From NCBI GenBank assembly GCA_965204765.1, contig CBDBFG010000003.1:33412-97411 (forward strand): a stretch of DNA of 64,000 bases, given 5' to 3'. The DNA comes from Alphaproteobacteria bacterium. Its GTDB lineage: Bacteria; Pseudomonadota; Alphaproteobacteria; Caedimonadales; UBA9215. Below the pieces are notes generated by a model, which was given only the letters and a program-made list of their open reading frames with translations, had not been told where the DNA came from and did no database searches. This document shows positions 50,630 to 61,388 of the stretch, piece after piece (the first letter of the stretch is position 1; each line of letters opens with the position of its first letter). A program made the translations under genes and the position numbers.

Positions 50630-51499
50630 ATGACAAATAACAAAAGCTTTCAAGATATTATCATTACATTGCAATCTTTTTGGTCACAACAGGGCTGTGC
50701 CATCGTGCAACCATATGATGTGGAAATGGGCGCTGGAACTTTTCATCCCGCAACGGCATTATACACCCAAAAATATTCATCATGGAATGTTGCTTATGTA
50801 CAACCTTGCCGTCGTCCTACTGATGGTAGATATGGTGAGAATCCAAACAGAACACAACATTATTACCAATTCCAAGTCATTCTAAAACCATCACCCGACA
50901 ATATCCAAGAACTGATGTTACAAAGTTTCCAAGCAATTGGTATCGATAATACTAAACATGATATCAGATTTGTTGAAGACAACTGGGAAAGCCCAACCCT
51001 TGGCGCTTCGGGTTTAGGATGGGAGGTATGGTGTGATGGACAAGAAATATTACAATTCACTTATTTTCAACAACTAGGTGGTAAAGAATGTCACCCTACT
51101 CCCGTTGAATTAACCTATGGCCTGGAAAGATGTGCCTGTATTGTACAAGGGGTTGATAATTTCTTTTCCTTAGATTGGAATGGCGCACCTGGAGGGAAAA
51201 AAATACTGTACAAAGATATATTTATGGAAAACGAAAAGCAATTTTCTGGTTACAATTTCGAGCATTCTAGTACTGATAAATTATTGCAAGATTTTCAATT
51301 AGCTGAACAAGAAGCAACAAAGTTGCTGGCACTGGACCATACTTTACCCGCGTATGAACAAATGCTAAAAATGAACCATGTGTTCAATATGATTGATGCC
51401 AGAGGAATAATCAGTGTTGCAGAGAGGGCAAGCTATATTGCCAAAGTACGTGATATCGCACGCCTATGTTGCGAACAATATACCAAAGACACAATGTAA
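50630..51499 (+). CDS. glyQ: glycine--tRNA ligase alpha subunit
   Basis: [36 protein letters not shown] and [14 protein letters not shown]...[12 protein letters not shown] are a highly conserved GlyQ sequence. Confidence 0.97.
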   Translation: MTNNKSFQDIIITLQSFWSQQGCAIVQPYDVEMGAGTFHPATALYTQKYSSWNVAYVQPCRRPTDGRYGENPNRTQHYYQFQVILKPSPDNIQELMLQSFQAIGIDNTKHDIRFVEDNWESPTLGASGLGWEVWCDGQEILQFTYFQQLGGKECHPTPVELTYGLERCACIVQGVDNFFSLDWNGAPGGKKILYKDIFMENEKQFSGYNFEHSSTDKLLQDFQLAEQEATKLLALDHTLPAYEQMLKMNHVFNMIDARGIISVAERASYIAKVRDIARLCCEQYTKDTM

Positions 51500-51519
51500 A
51501 AGACAAATAAGGATAAATA

Positions 51520-53520
51520 ATGCCCGAATTTTTGCTTGAAATACGTTCTGGGGAAATTCCAGCAAATATGCAGATTCCTGCTGCAGAACAATTAAAAAAA
51601 TCACTTGCAACCAAATTGCAAACCTGCAATCTGGAACATGGTGATATTAGTACATACGTTACTCCTAACCGCTTAGTAGCGGTAGTAAAAGAACTATCAG
51701 CATTACAACAGGAACAAGTAATAGAGCAAAAAGGACCCAGAGTAAACGCGCCAGAACAAGCTATTACTGGTTTCTTAAAAAGTGTTAATAAAAACATAGA
51801 CCAACTAGAAAAACGCACGACTGACAAAGGTGAGTTCTTTTTTAATGTCGAAACAATCCCTGCCACTGCTACCAATAAGATATTACCAGGCATTATCGAA
51901 CAAATTATCAAAGAATTTCAATGGCCCAAAAGCATGAAATGGGGTACTAGCATACATTCCTGGATCCGACCTATACATGGAATATGTGCTGTGTTCGACA
52001 ACCAACCAATAACTTTTGCTCTGAACCTAAGCGATGCATCGGCTAAAGATCCTGTTATTGTAAAATCTACCAATACCACTAGAGGTCACCAATCCCTGTC
52101 CAATAACACAATTATTGTAAATAATTTTAATGATTACAAAAAGCAATTGGCTGAACATTATGTCATTATGGATCACCATGAACGTAAAACAATAATTCTG
52201 CGGCAAATTAATGCTATCTGCACTAAACATAAACTAGTATTAAAGCCAGATGAAAGCCTGTTAAATGAAGTAGTAGGACTAGTAGAGTACCCTAATTGCT
52301 TAATTGGTAACATAGAGAAAAAATTTATGATGCTACCACCAGAGGTGCTACAAACATCCATGAAAGTCCATCAACGCTACTTTTCTTTGCATACCCAAGA
52401 TAACAAAACTGCACCATACTTTATTGTAGTAGCTAATTTAATCACCAATGATAACTGTGTACAAATAATATCCGGCAATGAAACTGTATTAAATGCAAGA
52501 TTATCAGATGCGTTATTTTTCTATAATCAGGATCTGCAACAATCTATCAAACAAAATACGGAAAAATTAAAAAATATCGTTTTTCATGCAAAATTGGGTT
52601 CGATGTATGACAAACAAACCAGAATTGCCAGCACTATCAAAACTCTGCAAACTAAATGCTCTAGTAATGATATTGAATCTGCAGTGCAAGCCGCTAAATT
52701 GTGCAAAACAGATTTGGTCTCTAATATGGTGTACGAATTTCCAGAATTACAAGGGATAATGGGCGGATACTACATGACAGAAAAAGGATCAAAAGTATCT
52801 ACAGCAATTCGTAATCAGTATTTACCCAAAGGTCCTGCTGATAAAATCCCCGATGATAGCCCTAGCAAATTACTTTGTATAGCTGACAAACTAGATACTC
52901 TTAAAAGTTTTTTTGATATCAATATCAAACCCACAGGATCAAAAGATCCTTTTGCCTTACGAAGAGCAGCCATAGGATTAATCAGGATTTGTGAAACATT
53001 TGACTGTACAATCAATCTACATGATTGCCGCAATAATGGCTTATATGAATTTATTGTTGATAGACTAAAAGTATATCTTAAAGACCAAGATATCTCTTCC
53101 GATGTAGTAGAAACGGCATTATTAGACAATACGAATAGTATGAATATTTACCTTATTAAGCAAAAAATACTGGACATACAAAGTATTATCAAACATCACC
53201 CAAATTTATTATCATCATTCAAAAGAATACATAACATACTAGAAAAATCTAATGTTACTGGCACGCAAAAAATTAATCTTGATCTGTTCGAATCTGATGA
53301 TGAAATTTATTTGGATAAAATCGTCACCGAACTATCCTTGCAAGATGATTTTATCACACAATCCGTCAAGATTATTAAACCCATCAATCAATTCTTAGAC
53401 AACGTAGTTATTAATCATAGCAATGATAACATACGCAATAACAGATTAGCTCTATTAATGAAAGTAAAAGAATATTTCTTTAGTTTTGCACGATTTAACC
53501 ATTTGGTAACATCGGTATAA
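51520..53520 (+). CDS. glyS: glycine--tRNA ligase beta subunit
   Basis: MPEFLLEIRSGEIPA N-terminus, KDPFALRRAAIGLIRI motif; 666 aa, immediately after glyQ. Confidence 0.95.
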   Translation: MPEFLLEIRSGEIPANMQIPAAEQLKKSLATKLQTCNLEHGDISTYVTPNRLVAVVKELSALQQEQVIEQKGPRVNAPEQAITGFLKSVNKNIDQLEKRTTDKGEFFFNVETIPATATNKILPGIIEQIIKEFQWPKSMKWGTSIHSWIRPIHGICAVFDNQPITFALNLSDASAKDPVIVKSTNTTRGHQSLSNNTIIVNNFNDYKKQLAEHYVIMDHHERKTIILRQINAICTKHKLVLKPDESLLNEVVGLVEYPNCLIGNIEKKFMMLPPEVLQTSMKVHQRYFSLHTQDNKTAPYFIVVANLITNDNCVQIISGNETVLNARLSDALFFYNQDLQQSIKQNTEKLKNIVFHAKLGSMYDKQTRIASTIKTLQTKCSSNDIESAVQAAKLCKTDLVSNMVYEFPELQGIMGGYYMTEKGSKVSTAIRNQYLPKGPADKIPDDSPSKLLCIADKLDTLKSFFDINIKPTGSKDPFALRRAAIGLIRICETFDCTINLHDCRNNGLYEFIVDRLKVYLKDQDISSDVVETALLDNTNSMNIYLIKQKILDIQSIIKHHPNLLSSFKRIHNILEKSNVTGTQKINLDLFESDDEIYLDKIVTELSLQDDFITQSVKIIKPINQFLDNVVINHSNDNIRNNRLALLMKVKEYFFSFARFNHLVTSV

Positions 53521-53589
53521 TTATGATGCGATAGTTTTAAATTAACACAATCTTTAGGAACTAGGTGTAAATATACAAATACCAACAAA

Positions 53590-54948
53590 GTGAAATGGAA
53601 AAACTATATAGTAGACTACTTTGTATACAGAATATATAGTGGCGAAAGAATTAACAGAGAAGAGATGTTTACAGCAAATAATAAAAAATCCACTATCCGG
53701 GTATTATTAGGATGTTCGTTTGTGATCATCGGGTGCATGATCGGCCTGTGGGATTACACCTTAAAACATTTTAAACATGAACATAGTGAAAACCAAATCT
53801 ATGAAAAATGTGAAGAGCTTACCGCGACAACTGAACCAAATATAATAGAAGAAAATCTTGAGATTAATTCAGGGGATAATTTTATTTCATTGTTAAAGAG
53901 TGCATCATACACCCCAGAACAATCTTTAAAAGTTATTACCGCATTAAAAAAAGTGTTCAGCCCTAAAGATCTTAGAACCGATCATCAAATTATTATTAAT
54001 TACAATAAAGGTACCTCTGGAACTCAAAACAAGAAAAATTTATTAAGTTTGATAATCCGAATCTCTATTGATCTTGAAGTAATTGTTAAACAAGATGAAC
54101 ATGGTAATTTCAGTGCAGAAAAAATCAAGAAAGAATTACAACAAGAAACCAGAATAGCTTCAGGTAACATCAACGAAAGTTTATATGTCGACGCAATCAA
54201 ACAAGGCGCACACCCAAAAGTGTTACACCAAATGATTCAAGCATTTAGTTATGATGTTGACTTTCAACGAGGGTTTCAAAAAGGCGATAAATACACCCTG
54301 TTATTCGACTTTCAAAAAGATCATGAAACAGGCCAAGAAAAACCAGGTGACCTATTATATGCTTGCCTAGAACTACAAGGGGTAAAAACCTCTATTTATC
54401 GCTTTGCCCCCAAAAGTTCAAAGGCTCAATACTTTAAAAAGAATGGCGAATATGTAAAAAAAGGGCTATTAAGAACCCCTATCGATGGCGCCAGAATTTC
54501 ATCTAAATTTGGTAAAAGGAAACACCCAATCTTAGGATACACCAAAATGCACAAAGGTATGGATTTTGCTGCTCCAAGAGGTACACCAATTATGGCTGCA
54601 GGAAGTGGAAAAATAGATAGAATCGGTAGAAGAGGTGCATATGGACATTATATACGAATCAAGCATAATGCTAAGTATTCCACAGCCTATGCCCATATGT
54701 GTAGATATGCCAAGGGCCTACGCACTGGTAGTTACGTAAGACAAGGGCAAGTAATAGGTTATGTAGGAGCAACCGGACGGGCTACTGGCCCCCATCTGCA
54801 CTATGAATTGATTTCGAATGGTAGACAAATCAACCCAGAAAAAATTAAAATGCTACCCAGCAGTAAACTACGTGGGCAAGATCTACAAAGGTTTCTGGTA
54901 ACCAAAAATAAAATAGAGAAACAAGTACAAAGCAGTAATCATCAATAA
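53590..54948 (+). CDS. M23-family (LytM-type) peptidoglycan metallopeptidase
   Basis: HKGMDFAAPRGTPIMAAGSG and GATGRATGPHLHYEL zinc motifs. The TM anchor is STIRVLLGCSFVIIGCMIGLW. The true start may be M26 (53665). Confidence 0.85.
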   Translation: MKWKNYIVDYFVYRIYSGERINREEMFTANNKKSTIRVLLGCSFVIIGCMIGLWDYTLKHFKHEHSENQIYEKCEELTATTEPNIIEENLEINSGDNFISLLKSASYTPEQSLKVITALKKVFSPKDLRTDHQIIINYNKGTSGTQNKKNLLSLIIRISIDLEVIVKQDEHGNFSAEKIKKELQQETRIASGNINESLYVDAIKQGAHPKVLHQMIQAFSYDVDFQRGFQKGDKYTLLFDFQKDHETGQEKPGDLLYACLELQGVKTSIYRFAPKSSKAQYFKKNGEYVKKGLLRTPIDGARISSKFGKRKHPILGYTKMHKGMDFAAPRGTPIMAAGSGKIDRIGRRGAYGHYIRIKHNAKYSTAYAHMCRYAKGLRTGSYVRQGQVIGYVGATGRATGPHLHYELISNGRQINPEKIKMLPSSKLRGQDLQRFLVTKNKIEKQVQSSNHQ

Positions 54949-55097
54949 TAACCACCATAATTTACGATTATTGGATTGATAATAGACAAATAATCTCATA
55001 CACACAAACAAGACAACAAAATACGATAGGAAATAAAGTGAAAATACTATACATTCAACGTGTGTATAATAACTACAATATAATAAGATAGTGTATC

Positions 55098-56432
55098 ATG
55101 TCCTATAATAAGAACTGCGCTGTATTGTCACCATTCTTTGTATTTTTATCAGTCTTTGTTGGTAGTGGTGTTTATTTTTCTATGCAAGGAATAGAAAATG
55201 CATTTTATCAGATTTCACCTAACATTGCAATTATACCCGCTATTGTCTTAGCAATTGCCCTTAGCAAAGGAACATTTACCGATAGAATTAATTATCTAAT
55301 AAAAGGCATGGGCAATAATAGTATACTGATTATGTGCTTAATCTATCTGTTATCAGGAGCCTTTACCACGGTAACCAAAAATATCGGCTGTATTGAAGCT
55401 ACAGTAAACTTTGGCTTACATATAATCCCAAACAGGTTCTTGTTACCTGGTATTTTTCTTATTTCTTCATTTATGGCAACCGCTTTAGGTACCTCAATGG
55501 GAGTAGTTGCAGCATATACTCCTTTGGCTGTAGGAATTGCAGAACAAACTGGTATAAACCTATATTGGTGTGTAGGAACTGTAATAGGTGGAGCCATATT
55601 CGGTGATAATCTATCCGCTATTTCTGATACTACAATAGCATCGGTTAATACTCAGCAAGCTAATCTTAAGAAAAAAGTAATTCTTAACACTATATTCGCC
55701 CTGCCAGCAATGATTATAACCCTAATAATATTATCGATGATCAATGATCACTCATATACAACACAACACAACGAATACAGTTATCTTAAAGTTCTTCCAT
55801 ATCTGTGCGTTTTACTGTTGCCATTATTGGGCTTAAACGTAATCATTGTTTTGTTGATGGGCATTATCATTAGTGCAATCATAGGTATTACTTGTGATAA
55901 CTATACAATAGTTAAGTTATCACATGATATAAATCACGGTTTTTCTTCGATGAACGAAATTCTGATTTTATCACTGTTAATCGGCGGGTTAAGTTTCCTG
56001 GTCAATAATAATGGTGGTTTTGAATACATAGTAAGCAAAGTAAATAAATTATCACAAAAACGATCAGACAAACGTTTTGGTGAATTAATTATGGCAATTA
56101 TTGCTAGCTGTGCTGATATTTGTACAGCTAATAATACCATTGCTATCATTCTATCCGGTGATATCGTGAAAAAAATGGCTAAACAATATAAAATTACCCC
56201 CGAAAAATCAGCATGCATAATAGATATATTCAGTTGCGTTTTTCAAGGAATATTGCCATATAGTGCGCAACTGCTATTGGCCTGTTCTATTGCTAATATA
56301 TCACCGGTTAAAATTATGCTTTATGTATTATACTGTCCCCTTCTAGCACTGACTTCTATAATCATTATATTCTTACAAACTAAAACTCAAAACAATGCAT
56401 TTTTTAGAATAATAAACAAATATTCTGTTTAA
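55098..56432 (+). CDS. Na+/H+ antiporter NhaC-family membrane protein
   Basis: 444 aa with about 11-12 TM segments and NhaC-like organisation (GIENAFYQ..., GGAIFGDNLSAISDTTI motif). Confidence 0.7.
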   Translation: MSYNKNCAVLSPFFVFLSVFVGSGVYFSMQGIENAFYQISPNIAIIPAIVLAIALSKGTFTDRINYLIKGMGNNSILIMCLIYLLSGAFTTVTKNIGCIEATVNFGLHIIPNRFLLPGIFLISSFMATALGTSMGVVAAYTPLAVGIAEQTGINLYWCVGTVIGGAIFGDNLSAISDTTIASVNTQQANLKKKVILNTIFALPAMIITLIILSMINDHSYTTQHNEYSYLKVLPYLCVLLLPLLGLNVIIVLLMGIIISAIIGITCDNYTIVKLSHDINHGFSSMNEILILSLLIGGLSFLVNNNGGFEYIVSKVNKLSQKRSDKRFGELIMAIIASCADICTANNTIAIILSGDIVKKMAKQYKITPEKSACIIDIFSCVFQGILPYSAQLLLACSIANISPVKIMLYVLYCPLLALTSIIIIFLQTKTQNNAFFRIINKYSV

Positions 56433-56601
56433 ATAGTCAAATTATTTTGATACAATACTATTGGTAACGTAATCGTGTTTCTGTTTTTTTACTTATAAAC
56501 GTACGCATAGCGCTTTGGCTTTTAATTGATATTTCCTCGGTAGGAAATAGGTTATAGTCGCTGTAAAAAAGTAAAAGGAAAATAATAATAAGGAGCCACA
56601 A

Positions 56602-56838
56602 ATGAGCATAGGACCAGGTCAAATATTACTTATCGTTGTAGCATTACTGTTGCTGTTCGGCGCTAAAAGAATACCAAAGGCTATGTCAGAGCTAGCAAAA
56701 GGACTAAAAGCATTCAGAGATGGAATGTGCGATACCAAAAAGAAACCAAAGAAAAAAACAACCAAAGCTACGACTACTAAGAAGCGTCCTGCGAAAACTG
56801 CTACGAAGAAAACAACAGCCAGGCGTACAAAAAAATAA
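56602..56838 (+). CDS. tatA: twin-arginine translocase subunit TatA (Lys/Thr-rich tail)
   Basis: MSIGPGQILLIVVALLLLFGAKRIPKAMSELAKGLKAFRDG is a TatA/E TM segment plus amphipathic helix. RBS AAGGAG. Confidence 0.9.
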   Translation: MSIGPGQILLIVVALLLLFGAKRIPKAMSELAKGLKAFRDGMCDTKKKPKKKTTKATTTKKRPAKTATKKTTARRTKK

Positions 56839-56848
56839 ACTGAATACA

Positions 56849-57094
56849 ATGTTTAACTTAGGAAGTTTAGGCGAATTACTGATTATAGTTGTGGCAATAC
56901 TTGTATTGTTTGGACCAGCAAAGCTTCCTGAATTATTGTACGATCTAGGTCGATTGAAACAAAAACTTAGACTAATTATTAAGAGATTATCGGTTGACTT
57001 TGATCAATACTTGTCCAAGGGTGAACTGGATGAGTACCACAAGCAAGTAAATGATAAGTATATTAAACCACCTTCACAAGATAATATTGATTAA
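56849..57094 (+). CDS. tatB: twin-arginine translocase subunit TatB
   Basis: MFNLGSLGELLIIVVAILVLFGPAKLPELLYDLGRLKQKLR is a second TatA/B-type protein directly after tatA. Start at the internal Met of ORF 56720..57094. Confidence 0.8.
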   Translation: MFNLGSLGELLIIVVAILVLFGPAKLPELLYDLGRLKQKLRLIIKRLSVDFDQYLSKGELDEYHKQVNDKYIKPPSQDNID

Positions 57095-57639
57095 CTAAAA
57101 ACCACGGATACCGTGATAAGTGCACATACCATAATACAAATAACCAGTTTACTCACACTTGATAATGCGTTGATAGCCTGTCACCAAGCATTGCTAGCTA
57201 ATGATAATTACAAGGTCATATCCTATATTTTCACCCCTCACCTATGTCAAATAATGCTTAACTTCAGCTATGTTTAATATAAGTCTGAAATGAATTACGC
57301 TATAATATTAACACCATTAATAATCTAGATCCCACCGCAACTACAAGTTTTATCACCTATAACTTGTGATAGCGCCGCCCAATTTTACTAAGTTGCGATT
57401 GATTAAGGGCCATCTGCCTATGTAATCTGTGATCACTCATTAGCCATTTACAGATGTAAACAAAGCAGAAATAGTTAGCCCTACAGTGGTTTAACTTTGA
57501 ATTAATACGAATTTTGAGGAACGAAATGTATATATAATACATAAGTGACGATTAAATGAAGTAGAAAACAAAGTGAAACCACTGTAATATTCAACATTAT
57601 TACTCAAACGAGTAGCAAATAACACCTAATTGCGTTAGC

Positions 57640-58440
57640 ATGATGTCTGTTGATAGAATAAAAGTAATACAATTGAACGATAGCAACAAAAATATGGCTT
57701 TAGTTGATCATTTGGCTGAACTGCGCAAACGAATGATAACAAGTATTGTACTACTTGTCCTTGGTTTTGCGCTATCCTATCCTTTTGCTAAACAAATATT
57801 TGGTTTTTTAATTAAACCACTAGCTGATATTATTGGTCAAGAATTACACAGAAAGTTAATTTATACCGGCTTAGCAGAAGCATTTATTACTTATGTAAAA
57901 ATTTCTATTTTTAATGGATTTATCGTTGCATTCCCATTTATTTTCTCTCAATTATGGGCCTTTATAGCACCAGGATTATACAACAATGAGAAAAAACTAT
58001 TTAGAATTATCTTTATAACCTCCCCTGTATTATTCTTACTGGGGGCATGCTTTGCTTTTTATTGGATTATTCCTTTGGCTTGGAAATTTTTCCTTAGTTT
58101 TGAAAGCTCTGCTATATCTACTTCTCTTCCTATCCAACTTGAAGCCAAAGTAAGCGAATATTTTTCTATGGTTTTACAAATGCTTATTGCTTTTGGAATA
58201 TGTTTTCAAATGCCCCTTGTCTTATTAATGCTTGCTAAATTAAATATTATTACCAGCACTGGATTACAGAACAAGCGCAGATACTCTATTATAGGTATTT
58301 TAATACTATCCGCTATTTTAACCCCACCCGATGTTTTAAGTATGATGGGTCTTGCAATACCACTTTATTTATTATATGAAGTATCGATTATCTTAATTAA
58401 AATTATGGTCCCTAGTACAAATAACTCGGAGATAAATTAA
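57640..58440 (+). CDS. tatC: twin-arginine translocase subunit TatC
   Basis: 266 aa with 6 TM segments. HLAELRKRMI N-terminus, FIAPGLY and ILTPPDV motifs. Confidence 0.93.
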   Translation: MMSVDRIKVIQLNDSNKNMALVDHLAELRKRMITSIVLLVLGFALSYPFAKQIFGFLIKPLADIIGQELHRKLIYTGLAEAFITYVKISIFNGFIVAFPFIFSQLWAFIAPGLYNNEKKLFRIIFITSPVLFLLGACFAFYWIIPLAWKFFLSFESSAISTSLPIQLEAKVSEYFSMVLQMLIAFGICFQMPLVLLMLAKLNIITSTGLQNKRRYSIIGILILSAILTPPDVLSMMGLAIPLYLLYEVSIILIKIMVPSTNNSEIN

Positions 58441-58441
58441 C

Positions 58442-59731
58442 ATGCTAGACATAAAACTAATCCGTGAAAATCCACAAGATTTTGATACAGCATTGGCAAA
58501 ACGAGGAATAGACCCACGCTCAACAACCATACTAGCATTGGATACAAAAAATAGAGAATTGCTAACTAATACACAAGAGTTACAAAATCAAAGGAACCAA
58601 ATAGCAAAATCAATAGGTATTAAAAAACAACAAAAACAAGATACTACAGAACTAAATAAGCTATCTTCTGAACTAAAACAGCAAATTGCACAAGTTGAAC
58701 AGAAACTTACACAAATAAACCAAGAATTAACTGAATTGTTAGTTACTTTGCCTAACCAACCATTACCTGAAGTACCACAAGGCAAAGATGAGCAAGATAA
58801 TCAAACAATTAAAACTTGGGGGGAAATTCCACAGTATAATTTCTCTCCTCAAAGACATTTTGATATTGGCGAAAACCTTGGCTTAATGGATTTTACAACG
58901 GCAAGTAAGATATCAGGGGCAAGATTCGTTATTCTTAAAGGCGATTTAGCTAAACTTGAACGAGCTATTGCAAATTTTATGCTAGATATTCATACCAAAG
59001 AATTTGGTTATGTTGAAACATCACCACCAATACTAGTCTTGGATAATGCAATGTATGGAGCAGGACTATTGCCTAAATTCGCTGACAATGCATTTCAAAC
59101 TACCGAAAAGCATTGGCTTATCCCAACCGCAGAAGTACCACTATCTAATATGTATGCTGATACTATACTAGAGGAACAACAGCTTCCTATTCGGCATGTT
59201 GCCCATACTCCATGTTTCAGATCAGAAGCCGGTGCCGCAGGAAAAGATACCAGAGGCATGATACGCTTACATCAATTCACTAAAGTAGAACTTGTTTCAA
59301 TTACTTCTCCTGAACATTCAGCACAGGAACACGAAGGAATGACACGATGTGCAGAAACTATCCTGGAAAAACTGCAATTACCATATCGCAGGATGCTACT
59401 TTGTACCGGAGATATGGGTGTACAATCCGCTAAAACTTATGATCTTGAGGTATGGCTTCCTGGTGAAAACACCTATAGAGAGATTTCCAGCTGTTCTGTA
59501 TGCTGTGATTATCAAGCACGCCGAATGAAAACCAGGTATAAGAAAACAACACAAGATAATAGGAAAAGCAAACCAGAATTAGTTCACACACTAAATGGAT
59601 CTGGGCTTGCGGTTGGCAGGACGATAGTAGCTATTTTAGAAAATTATCAACAACAAGATGGATCTATCTTGATCCCACAAGTACTACAACCTTACATGGA
59701 TGGACAGGAGAAAATAGAACATTCTTGTTGA
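58442..59731 (+). CDS. serS: serine--tRNA ligase
   Basis: MLDIKLIRENP, an N-terminal coiled-coil arm, and class II motifs: FRSEAGAAGKDTRGMIRLHQFTKVE, and TLNGSGLAVGRTIVAILENYQ at the C-terminus. Confidence 0.97.
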   Translation: MLDIKLIRENPQDFDTALAKRGIDPRSTTILALDTKNRELLTNTQELQNQRNQIAKSIGIKKQQKQDTTELNKLSSELKQQIAQVEQKLTQINQELTELLVTLPNQPLPEVPQGKDEQDNQTIKTWGEIPQYNFSPQRHFDIGENLGLMDFTTASKISGARFVILKGDLAKLERAIANFMLDIHTKEFGYVETSPPILVLDNAMYGAGLLPKFADNAFQTTEKHWLIPTAEVPLSNMYADTILEEQQLPIRHVAHTPCFRSEAGAAGKDTRGMIRLHQFTKVELVSITSPEHSAQEHEGMTRCAETILEKLQLPYRRMLLCTGDMGVQSAKTYDLEVWLPGENTYREISSCSVCCDYQARRMKTRYKKTTQDNRKSKPELVHTLNGSGLAVGRTIVAILENYQQQDGSILIPQVLQPYMDGQEKIEHSC

Positions 59732-59781
59732 TCACACAAAATTATTATGATTCAATGTACCGATAATAATGGAAGTAGCAA

Positions 59782-60207
59782 ATGAGAAAAATAATCTTTT
59801 TATTAGGCTTACTGTTTAATTGTGTACAATTGAACGCTTTATCATCTGGTGAAATGGATGCAATGCTACAAAAAGCGAAGAATGGTGATGCATTCGCACA
59901 AGCATGTCTTGGCACAATATACTATCATGGATCTCCCAGAATAACCGTACCTAATTACAAAGAAGCTTTAAAGTGGAATATGCTATCAGCTAAGCAAGGG
60001 TTTGCTCCTGCAGAATTTAATGTGGGCTATGCCTATTTTACTGGGGAAGGTGTAGCAAGAGATCTTAAAGAAGCGATGAAATGGTTTGAAAAAGTTCTTG
60101 CTCACAAAGAAGAAGATCTGGATTTTCTGCGTGTAGCGGTCAAAAAAAAGAATAATGCAGCATCATTTGTATGGTATACATACATAATGAGAAAGGCACA
60201 CAAATAA
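59782..60207 (+). CDS. secreted Sel1-like (SLR/TPR) repeat protein
   Basis: A signal peptide MRKIIFLLGLLFNCVQLNA, then two Sel1-type repeats (AQACLGTIYYHG...YKEALKWNMLSAKQG; AEFNVGYAYFTGEGVARDLKEAMKWFEKV). Confidence 0.75.
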   Translation: MRKIIFLLGLLFNCVQLNALSSGEMDAMLQKAKNGDAFAQACLGTIYYHGSPRITVPNYKEALKWNMLSAKQGFAPAEFNVGYAYFTGEGVARDLKEAMKWFEKVLAHKEEDLDFLRVAVKKKNNAASFVWYTYIMRKAHK

Positions 60208-60393
60208 AGTTAATAATTCATTTGTCTCTTGATATTCAATGATTTGTCTACTTGCCATACGGTTGTAATAGTACACAGCACAGTAGGATAATGGCTGCAC
60301 ATAATACTAGCAATATATAAATGGCTTTAATTCTCAATAAAAAATGTATATGCTATCCTTCATACACTGTTGGATACTAAGGGGATACGTACT

Positions 60394-61167
60394 ATGAGGA
60401 TATTGATTTCTAATGACGATGGATTGCATGCTCCAGGAATAAAAGTATTAAAAGAAATTGCTTTAGAACTTAGCAACGACGTCTGGATTGTTGCACCAGA
60501 AGTTGAACAAAGTGGTACGGGCCATTCTTTATCATTGATGAGCCCTCTTCGTCTGAAAAAAATCTCTGATCAGCGCTATTGTGTCAATGGTACACCAACG
60601 GACTGTATGCAAATTGCCCTCAAGGAATTACTAGCTAATAAAAAACCTGATTTAATGCTATCTGGAGTAAATTACGGAGCCAATTTAGGCGAAGATGTAA
60701 CCTATTCCGGCACCATAGCGGCTGCTATGGAGGCTACTATTCTTGGTGTGCCAGCAATCGCTCTATCACAATCTATCAAAACTGGTCAACCTGAACAATG
60801 GGAAACTGCCGCATACCATAGTCCAAAGATAATCAAAGATTTATTACAAGAAGGATGGGCAAAGGATATATTAATTAATATAAACTTTCCTAATTTAGCC
60901 TCCAAAGAAGTAAAAGGAATCACTTGTGTCAGGCATGGCATGAGGCACGAAAAAGGCGAAATCACAGAATGGTCTGACCCTAGGGGAGAGAAATTTTATT
61001 GGCTAGCTAGCAGTACCAGGAAAGATAATAGCACAGAACTTGATACAGATCTGTCATGTGTTGCAAATGGCTATATCTCTATTACCCCGTTGCACCTGGA
61101 CTTAACTCATTATGAAGCCATGACTAAAATGAGAAAAACCCTAGAATGTACATTTACAAGTGATTAG
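60394..61167 (+). CDS. surE: 5'/3'-nucleotidase SurE
   Basis: MRILISNDDGLHAPGI N-terminus, SGVNYGANLGEDVTYSGTIAAAME, ITPLHLDLT. The ATG at 60394 is preceded by AAGGGGA; the ORF-track TTG at 60370 is less likely. Confidence 0.93.
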   Translation: MRILISNDDGLHAPGIKVLKEIALELSNDVWIVAPEVEQSGTGHSLSLMSPLRLKKISDQRYCVNGTPTDCMQIALKELLANKKPDLMLSGVNYGANLGEDVTYSGTIAAAMEATILGVPAIALSQSIKTGQPEQWETAAYHSPKIIKDLLQEGWAKDILININFPNLASKEVKGITCVRHGMRHEKGEITEWSDPRGEKFYWLASSTRKDNSTELDTDLSCVANGYISITPLHLDLTHYEAMTKMRKTLECTFTSD

Positions 61168-61388
61168 ATACAATTTGTATTGCTTCACATTATCAACATA
61201 TAGCAAACGGTAAATATAAGATTAGCAAAAATAAAAAAACAGTATATAAGGCCACAATTCAGGTAATGTAGCATCCTATGTAATAAATGACTTTCTGCTT
61301 CGTGTCTACAAGTTCCTCAAACCATAAAGATGCCCTTACTACTTGACAGTACGCAAAGCTTTGCTAACATCAAATTGTTATAATTGGT

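Noticed and set aside
57482-57586. 11 bp perfect inverted repeat (TACAGTGGTTT / AAACCACTGTA) separated by 83 nt in the tatB-tatC spacer
   Set aside because: By my rough estimate, a handful of such 11-mers within 100 nt of each other are expected by chance in 64 kb of AT-rich DNA. No flanking direct repeats or further copies appear in the window, so I do not call it a MITE or RNA. It is mentioned only within the spacer finding.
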